From assembly GCA_046757925.1 (NCBI GenBank), contig JBHHZE010000005.1, positions 4,239 to 68,238 on the forward strand: a stretch of 64,000 nt of DNA, written 5' to 3'. Below are positions 46,557 through 52,867 of this stretch, in pieces. Under the pieces are notes generated by a model, which was not told the DNA's origin, searched no databases, and was given only the letters and a program-made list of their open reading frames with translations. This DNA is from Gemmatimonadales bacterium. Lineage in GTDB: Bacteria; Gemmatimonadota; Gemmatimonadetes; Gemmatimonadales; GWC2-71-9. The first letter of the stretch is position 1. The number at the start of each line of letters is the position of its first letter. The position numbers were made by a program, and so were the translations under genes.

Positions 46557-46694
46557 CTAGCCCGAGCCGCCGACTCCGACCACCCACCAGGCGCCGGCAG
46601 CGCTCGTGACCTGAAATGTCTTAAGCACTTCTTCCTCGTCCATTACCCGGATTTGCGGGGCAACGTATCTGGGTTTTTCGGCCGTTTCGTTCAT
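46557..46694 (-). CDS. Candidate RiPP precursor peptide (45 aa): MNETAEKPRYVAPQIRVMDEEEVLKTFQVTSAAGAWWVVGVGGSG
   Basis: ATG 46694 has GGAGA 7 nt upstream. The ORF lies 22 nt after the PqqD-like gene stop and 27 nt before the kinase-like gene. It combines a charged leader with a Gly/Ala/Trp/Val C-terminal core. Confidence 0.6.
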   Translation of the reverse strand: MNETAEKPRYVAPQIRVMDEEEVLKTFQVTSAAGAWWVVGVGGSG

Positions 46695-46716
46695 TGCATT
46701 CTCCAAAAGGGTCTGA

Positions 46717-46992
46717 TCAAGCGTCTTGCACCGGAACAACCATTTTCATATCCTGGAACTGCCGGAGCGTCTCCCGGACGTCGCGTTCCACGGCGTCTGT
46801 TTCACCAACCGAGAAATGCTCACGAATCGAAGACACAAGTTCGTCTGTGCTGGCCGGCGAGGCAAGTTTCTCCCAGACATGGGCCGCGGTCTGGTTCAGC
46901 ATGCAGAAGTTGCTTGCGCTCGGATTGTAGAGAATCGTATCTTCGGGCATCGGTGCGGATTCGATGTCCGGATCGCGGCGATATCGTTGCAC
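46717..46992 (-). CDS. PqqD-family protein (RiPP recognition element-like)
   Basis: RRDPDIESAPMPEDTILYNPSASNFCMLNQTAAHVWEKLASPASTDELVSSIREHFSVGETDAVERDVRETLRQFQDMKMV fits the PqqD pattern. I preferred GTG 46992 (GGAG 6 nt upstream, 91 aa); the track ORF extends to TTG 47055. Confidence 0.7.
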   Translation of the reverse strand: MQRYRRDPDIESAPMPEDTILYNPSASNFCMLNQTAAHVWEKLASPASTDELVSSIREHFSVGETDAVERDVRETLRQFQDMKMVVPVQDA

Positions 46993-47058
46993 TGACGGCT
47001 CCGTTTGCTTGTAATGATCCGAGTCAAATTCATCGCCGAGGCCGCGGTCTGTCAAGGG

Positions 47059-47115
47059 ACAGCTGAGAGAGCTGTTCTATTGCCCCGGGCAGGGGCCGAG
47101 TGCAGATTCCTGCCC
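47059..47115. promoter_or_regulatory. Two inverted repeats in the divergent intergenic region: ACAGCT-5 nt-AGCTGT (47059-47075) and GGGCAGG-15 nt-CCTGCCC (47087-47115)
   Basis: Read directly from the sequence. They lie between the peptide operon and the formyltransferase operon. No convincing -35/-10 pair was identified. Confidence 0.25.
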
Positions 47116-47166
47116 TGCTGGGTGAAATCGATTGTTTACACGGTGAGAACGTCCTAGCGGGGAATC

Positions 47167-48090
47167 ATGCTGCGTGTGGCATTCTTTGGAAGTTCTGATC
47201 CAATATCGTGTCAGGCGTTGCAGTTGATCGGGGGGAACCATCGCGTGGTCGTTGCCGTCCGCCCTCGACCGAGGCCTAAGGGGAGCCGGATGCGTCGAGC
47301 GGCAAGAACGGTGCGACGGTTGTTCCGAATGACAGGTTCCAGTGGCATCGACAGCATTGCGCAGGATCTTGGCGTTCCCGTGGTAGCTGTACGGGCGAGG
47401 GACGATGGAGGAACGATCCGTGTGCTCGGCGAGTTCCGCCCCGACATCATGTGCATTGCGGGCTACCCTTGGATACTGCCCCGAACGGTTTATGAAGTGC
47501 CCCGGCTGGGGGCGATCAACCTTCATCCATCGTTGCTGCCGCGGCACCGTGGTCGCCTGCCGCTGTTTTGGATCTACTATCATGACGATCGGGAGACTGG
47601 CGTAACAGTCCACTGGGTCACGGAAAACGTCGATGCCGGTGACATAATACTGCAGGACGGTTTCCCGTTGCCACGGGGATTCAGCGTGGAGGCTCTTGGG
47701 GACAGAATCGCACGCCGCGGAGCTACTGCGCTCCGGCATGCACTCGATGCTATAGAGAGTGGCACGGATCGCCGCGTGCCGCAGGAGGATACGCTCGCCA
47801 CGGGTGCACCAATGATCGAGCCAGGCAAGATGTACGCTGATTTTGCACAGTGGGACGTCGAGAGGGTCTGGCATTTTCTGGCGGGTTTGGTCACGAGATT
47901 CCAAGAGCCTTTGTTCGATGATACTGGCGTTGCCGTCAGCTACAACCGTGTAACAGGCTTTCGGCACGTTGACCACGACCGTGTACCGGGGTCGGTGCAG
48001 TGCCTGGGATCTCGAATCGAGTTATTCTGTCGAGGAGGTATCGTAGATCTCGAGTGTACATCCTCTGGACGGAGTAGGCTTGGTCGATGA
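47167..48090 (+). CDS. Formyltransferase-family protein (Fmt / PurN fold)
   Basis: MLRVAFFGSS, GAINLHPSLLPRHRGRLPLFW (the Asn/His of the catalytic triad and the SLLP motif) and ENVDAGDIIL (Asp), plus a C-terminal domain. Confidence 0.85.
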   Translation: MLRVAFFGSSDPISCQALQLIGGNHRVVVAVRPRPRPKGSRMRRAARTVRRLFRMTGSSGIDSIAQDLGVPVVAVRARDDGGTIRVLGEFRPDIMCIAGYPWILPRTVYEVPRLGAINLHPSLLPRHRGRLPLFWIYYHDDRETGVTVHWVTENVDAGDIILQDGFPLPRGFSVEALGDRIARRGATALRHALDAIESGTDRRVPQEDTLATGAPMIEPGKMYADFAQWDVERVWHFLAGLVTRFQEPLFDDTGVAVSYNRVTGFRHVDHDRVPGSVQCLGSRIELFCRGGIVDLECTSSGRSRLGR

Positions 48091-48725
48091 AGCACGTCCT
48101 GGCAGGATTGATCTTTCTGGGTTTCGTGATGGTGGGACTGGTGTTCGCGCGGCGCGGCTCCATGCACCTAGCGGAGCGGAACCGTAAGTTCGGCGTAAAT
48201 GTCTTTCTGGTCTATCTGCTGCTTGCATCGTTCTCCGCAGGCATTCTACAGAAGAACGCGTGGCCGTTTGCCGACTGGCCACTGATTGCGGGGAAGATTC
48301 CAGAAGACATTTCTCAGTACCGGATCATGGTCGTCGATTCGACAGATCGAGAATTCGATATCGATTATCGAGCGTGGGAACCGCTGGTGTTTCGCGATTT
48401 TGCACAGTGGTTTGTTGTCAAGGCTCCCAAACTTGCCGCCTCCGAGCGAGCCAAGGCATCTCAATACCTCCTTGACCGTTTGGAGGTTGCCCGCATCCGA
48501 AGCAAGAAAGGCGAGCGTGTTGGAACTGTCATCCGAGTGCTCGGTCCGTTTTCGGCGCCTTATTTTCTCTTGGAGCCCAAGATTTGGTCTGATCCGGACA
48601 GCGTACCGCGACACCAACTGATCGGTCTGCGAGTCTATTTCTACGAGTGGAATCTTCTGGATCGCGCCAGAGATCCGAGCGCTTTCAGACGTTCCCTGTT
48701 CTACGAGTTTCGGAGGCCTTCGTGA
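48087..48725 (+). CDS. Small membrane-anchored protein of unknown function (position suggests an SdpA-like partner of the HTTM protein)
   Basis: ATGA overlap with the formyltransferase stop. Two N-terminal hydrophobic helices (LAGLIFLGFVMVGLVF and VFLVYLLLASFSAGIL) precede a soluble domain. Confidence 0.65.
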   Translation: MKHVLAGLIFLGFVMVGLVFARRGSMHLAERNRKFGVNVFLVYLLLASFSAGILQKNAWPFADWPLIAGKIPEDISQYRIMVVDSTDREFDIDYRAWEPLVFRDFAQWFVVKAPKLAASERAKASQYLLDRLEVARIRSKKGERVGTVIRVLGPFSAPYFLLEPKIWSDPDSVPRHQLIGLRVYFYEWNLLDRARDPSAFRRSLFYEFRRPS

Positions 48726-49660
48726 GCAATCGTAGTGCGACGCTCGCCGCCTCTTGGAATCGGTTTTGGTTTCGCCCGGAATCCGCCTGGAACTTGGCTG
48801 CTGCACGGATCGTCTTCGGTGTACATGCCCTGTGGATTCTACTGTCAAGAGACCTGGCTGGAATATCAGCGTCTCCGCCGGAGTTTTGGGCGAGTGTCCC
48901 GCGAGCCGCCCTGTGGCGTTTCTTGATCTTCCCCGGCCATCTCAGTTTTGAGCATGTCCTGCAGTGGCTAACAATGGTTTTGCTGGTGGGAGTCGTGCTA
49001 GGCATCCATCCTCGTATTACCTGCCTGATGTCGGCACTACTCCTGTATCACCTGGCACCATATGAGAACATCATGTGGTATCCAGGGCCCACGGAGCGAG
49101 GGTTTGAGGTGTCAGTGCTGTCGTTGGTTACTCTGGCATTCGCTCCCTGCACGGACGTATGGGCGCTGAGAGTGCCGACACGGGGACGCGTTGGAACGCG
49201 ATCGTGGCACTATAACTGGCCGTTGTGTGTGATGCAGCTCTTCGTCGCGCAGATATATCTGTTCGCGGGCTACGCGAAGCTCTTTCATGTGGGGCTTGGT
49301 TGGATCTCCGGTGACACGATTCGTAATCTCATCCTAGCATACGATCAGGCTTTTCAGACAGTGAGCGTTCGGCCGCTCGGCCCCTGGATAGCTGAACGTC
49401 CCATGCTGTGCTTCGCAATCGCGCTGGGGGCCGTGGCAATGGACCTCGTCTTCGTTGTTGCCGTTTTCTCGAAGAGATCCCGTATTGTCATGATCCCGGC
49501 CGCGATAGCATTTCACATTGGAATCCTCCTTACCACAACCATCTACTTTCTCAACTGGCCGCAGCTACTGATCTTCGTGAACTGGGATTGGGTGAGACAT
49601 CGCATGCACCGCTCCCCGGCGACGGCCCAACCACCGGCACTCGAGACGGTTCTGCTCTAA
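48722..49660 (+). CDS. HTTM-domain membrane protein (vitamin-K-dependent gamma-carboxylase / SdpB-like)
   Basis: GTG 48722 overlaps the upstream stop (GTGA). WNRFWFRPESAWNLAAARIVFGVHALWILL is a typical HTTM N-terminus, followed by multiple TM helices. Confidence 0.75.
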   Translation: MSNRSATLAASWNRFWFRPESAWNLAAARIVFGVHALWILLSRDLAGISASPPEFWASVPRAALWRFLIFPGHLSFEHVLQWLTMVLLVGVVLGIHPRITCLMSALLLYHLAPYENIMWYPGPTERGFEVSVLSLVTLAFAPCTDVWALRVPTRGRVGTRSWHYNWPLCVMQLFVAQIYLFAGYAKLFHVGLGWISGDTIRNLILAYDQAFQTVSVRPLGPWIAERPMLCFAIALGAVAMDLVFVVAVFSKRSRIVMIPAAIAFHIGILLTTTIYFLNWPQLLIFVNWDWVRHRMHRSPATAQPPALETVLL

Positions 49661-51237
49661 GTTCCCCGTCGTCGCTCGATTACGGTCGCCAGAAGATCGC
49701 GCAAGTCATCTCGGTCGTACAACCTCCCCGATACCATTACTTCCCGGAGTCGTGACAGTGCTGCGATATCTTCGAGAGGATTCTGTTCTACTACAATCAG
49801 ATCGGCCCGCATGCCGGGTGCGATAGCTCCCCAGAGGTTTCCTTCACCGACTATGCGTGCGGCATTGACGGTCGCAGTGCTGATGGCTTCGTAAGGAGTA
49901 AGACCGCCATCGACAAGGATCCGCAGTTCGTCGTGGACCGCGAAACCGGTGACCGCGACCAAGGGTGACGCGTCCGTGCCCAACACCAGAGGAACCCCAG
50001 ATCGGTATAGGCCAACCGCGGCGACCGTTCCCCAGGTGCTGTGCGCCTTCAGTGACCGGAGGGCTTCGATGGTTTCCCCTTCTGCCATTCGTTTTCGTAT
50101 AAGCCGAACCGACTCCGCTGTGCGGTACTTCAAGTCATTCCGTGCGAGAAACGCAGTCGTATCCGTAAACTGTTCGAGAAGTTCTGGTAGCGGCATCAAC
50201 GTCGCCGTGACGTCGATACCTGAACTCCGTACCTGGTCCACTATCTGCGCAAGCCTCTCCCGGTATGCTGCGTTGCGCTCAGATTCGGGCAATCGAACCC
50301 CGGTGTCTGTTGTTGCGAGCATCTCCTCTACCAGGAAGTACACATGCGCCAACTCGTCCATTCCTGAGTCGAGCACGCTCGGGAGACCGACAGACCGAGG
50401 CACATGACCTACGGTGTGGATTCCGGCGTCACCCGCCGCCTGGAGTGCCGCTGAGAACTCGCCCGGTGTGAGGTTCCCATATAGCTTGATCTGGTCGTAA
50501 CGGGCGGATCCATCCCGGACGGCCCTCGCCGCTTCGGCCCGCGACCAAACGTATTCGTGAGCCACCCGCGTGCGCCCCATTACGTAGTCGGGAAAGGGAA
50601 TCACGAAGCGTACGATGAGGAACGCCGTGCCGAGCGCGGCCCCCAGTAGTGCGACAGTAACGGTCCGCGGAATGTTTGGGCGCGTAGTGAAGTGTGACAT
50701 GAGCAGGTAGACAACTACGAAGAGCACCAAGCCCAACCCCAGTGTGCCTGCGCCGAGAAAGGCGATAACGCGTTTGCCCCGAGCGCCGTCAATGAGCGGG
50801 CTTGCAAGATAGAGGTTGGGGCCGACGCGATCCCCAGACGTAATCTCATCGCGCCACCTCAAGTACTCGTCCTCGCCAGATAGATCTCTGACACTTGTAA
50901 CACCGTTCGCTACATCCAGTAGAAGTTCTGCTGCATCCCGCTGAAAGTGTACGTGCATGTCTGCAAGTCCGGGCAGGACGAAGGCACCCTGCCCAGCGAT
51001 GACGCGGGCGTTCGCGGGGATCGAGACACTTCCCGTGGGCCCAATCTGACTTATACGGGTCCCCTCCACTAGGATGGTTTGGTGTTCGAGAATTCCCTCG
51101 TGGTCCATAGGGATCACGTTCACGTCCACGAGTACTACTGGGCTCTGACCAGCTGCCGCGGCCGGACCCAGGAGGAACACAGCCACAAGAATCGTTCTTG
51201 CGAATACCCAGCGACAACTCATGGATGCGTGGTCCAT
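49657..51237 (-). CDS. Amidohydrolase-superfamily protein with signal peptide and an internal pair of hydrophobic helices
   Basis: LPGLADMHVHF metal motif, GIHTVGHV, LVLGTDAS and a C-terminal PGMRADLIVV. Hydrophobic insert VIAFLGAGTLGLGLVLFVVVYLLM...VTVALLGAALGTAFLIVRFVIPF. Confidence 0.85.
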   Translation of the reverse strand: MDHASMSCRWVFARTILVAVFLLGPAAAAGQSPVVLVDVNVIPMDHEGILEHQTILVEGTRISQIGPTGSVSIPANARVIAGQGAFVLPGLADMHVHFQRDAAELLLDVANGVTSVRDLSGEDEYLRWRDEITSGDRVGPNLYLASPLIDGARGKRVIAFLGAGTLGLGLVLFVVVYLLMSHFTTRPNIPRTVTVALLGAALGTAFLIVRFVIPFPDYVMGRTRVAHEYVWSRAEAARAVRDGSARYDQIKLYGNLTPGEFSAALQAAGDAGIHTVGHVPRSVGLPSVLDSGMDELAHVYFLVEEMLATTDTGVRLPESERNAAYRERLAQIVDQVRSSGIDVTATLMPLPELLEQFTDTTAFLARNDLKYRTAESVRLIRKRMAEGETIEALRSLKAHSTWGTVAAVGLYRSGVPLVLGTDASPLVAVTGFAVHDELRILVDGGLTPYEAISTATVNAARIVGEGNLWGAIAPGMRADLIVVEQNPLEDIAALSRLREVMVSGRLYDRDDLRDLLATVIERRRGT

Positions 51238-51339
51238 ACGCTCCTAATCATGGAGGACGAAAACCAGACTCTTTTTTGGGGATAGGGGATATCAAAAGAG
51301 TACATGAGCCGCCAATAGTCCACCAGGCTACCGGCAGTT

Positions 51340-51597
51340 GTGCATGTGGTCAAGCGCGGTCACATTGATACGAATGAGCGCTCAGATATGAAGGATCCGG
51401 TGGGTGAGATAGTCCCCGCTCAATCCGGCACCGCCTGGATCGACGAACTCACCGACGAACAGTGCATGGAGATCTTCTGGCTGTACGTAGATCCCCCAGA
51501 ACCGTTCCTCGCAGGGCACCCGCCGGCCCTCCTCGGCCAAGCCATGCGCTACGCCCTAAAGTGCGTGGCCGAGGCCAGCGATATTACCGAGCCCTAA
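51340..51597 (+). CDS. Small hypothetical protein (85 aa from GTG 51340, or 69 aa from ATG 51388)
   Basis: GC-rich third codon positions and an acidic sequence (MKDPVGEIVPAQSGTAWIDELTDEQCMEIFWLYVDPPEPF). The 3' end overlaps the convergent gene by 14 nt. Confidence 0.45.
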   Translation: MHVVKRGHIDTNERSDMKDPVGEIVPAQSGTAWIDELTDEQCMEIFWLYVDPPEPFLAGHPPALLGQAMRYALKCVAEASDITEP

Positions 51598-52867
51598 ATT
51601 TGTCGTACAACCGCGTGTGCCGCGTCTCCATGGAGACGGGACGACCCCGGATGAACACCTGCTCGACAGTGGTCCGCACGTCCAGCGGGTCACCATCCGC
51701 GATGAACAAGTCCGCTTGCTTACCAACCTCGATGCTGCCCAACCGGTCGTCCACGCCCCAAAACTCGGCGGGCCAGATGGTCAGAGCCTTTAGTGCGATC
51801 CCTGGATCGAGCCCGTAGGCCGTTGCCTTGGCCGCGTTGTAGGGCAGGTTCCGGGAGTTGGCGTAATCACCGGTCGAGAACGCGAACTTGATTCCTCTGG
51901 CAGCCAGCACGCCGGGCTGGGCGTAGATGGCGTCAAATGGGTCGTCCCGGCCGGGGCTGGATAGGATCTGCGAGAACACGACCCTGACGTTCTTGGCTGC
52001 CAACGTATCCACCACCTTCCAGGCCTCCCTCGCCCCATATATCACATAGTCGAGATCGAACTGCTCCGCCAAATCGATGGCACCCAGTATCTCTTCGTCG
52101 GAGTTTGCGGTGATGATGACCGGCATCTCGCCCGTAATCGCCGGCACCATGGCCTCCATCTGCCGGTCCAGCCTGGGGAGCGCATTCCTGGCCTTACGCG
52201 CCGCGTAGCTCTTGGCCTGCTCCAAGTAGTCTTTGAGTTCGCGCGCCTGCCTCTCTGCCGTCCGCCGGCGTTCCTCGGGAGATCCCTGCGGTCGGAAAAA
52301 GCCACCAAAACCTCTGCCGCCGCCGGCACCGAACCGGGGATAGTTGACTACGAGCGCCGCCAGAGGCTCGACCGCCATCTCCTGCGGCGTCCAGCCGTCC
52401 AGGTCTATCAACGCGGCAACACCGGATATGCGGCCTCCAGTAGGGCCGCTCAGCACGCTCGTGATTCCATTCACACGCGCGACCGGGACCATCTCGGAAT
52501 GAGGATTGATCGCCACCACGGCCGCCATGGCCGGATCGAAATCGCCAAGTTCACGCACGTCGTTGCCGCCCGCCACGGAGCCGATCTCGTTTAGCCCAAC
52601 CTGGGTCCACGCGTTGATCATGCCGGGGTAGACGAACTTGCCGGTGGCATCTATCACACGCGCCTCCGCCGGGATCGTCACGTTGGATCCCACGGCGGCG
52701 ATCTTGTTGCCTCGGATCACTATGGTTCCGTTTTCGATCCGCGGCCCCGTGACGGGAACGATCGTCGCACCCCGGATTGCGATGGTCTGCGCGCTCGCGG
52801 TGGATGCGAAGGCTCCCAACAGAACCATGCCCACCACGGCAGCTGAGATTCGAGTCACGGTTCTCAC
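51584..52867 (-). CDS. Secreted amidohydrolase-family protein
   Basis: Signal peptide MRTVTRISAAVVGMVLLGAFASTASAQ, then IAIRGATIVPVTG, YPGMINAWTQVG and GKQADLFIADGDPL. Confidence 0.85.
   Translation of the reverse strand: MRTVTRISAAVVGMVLLGAFASTASAQTIAIRGATIVPVTGPRIENGTIVIRGNKIAAVGSNVTIPAEARVIDATGKFVYPGMINAWTQVGLNEIGSVAGGNDVRELGDFDPAMAAVVAINPHSEMVPVARVNGITSVLSGPTGGRISGVAALIDLDGWTPQEMAVEPLAALVVNYPRFGAGGGRGFGGFFRPQGSPEERRRTAERQARELKDYLEQAKSYAARKARNALPRLDRQMEAMVPAITGEMPVIITANSDEEILGAIDLAEQFDLDYVIYGAREAWKVVDTLAAKNVRVVFSQILSSPGRDDPFDAIYAQPGVLAARGIKFAFSTGDYANSRNLPYNAAKATAYGLDPGIALKALTIWPAEFWGVDDRLGSIEVGKQADLFIADGDPLDVRTTVEQVFIRGRPVSMETRHTRLYDKFRAR

Noticed and set aside
40428-47055. Calling this block a lasso peptide cluster, because of the YxxPxI / Thr(-2) leader and the PqqD-like, HPr-kinase-like and nucleotidyltransferase genes
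   Set aside because: No Asn-synthetase-like cyclase or transglutaminase-like B2 protease gene is present. The putative core also has no Asp/Glu to form the macrolactam. I therefore report it as lasso-like in leader logic only.
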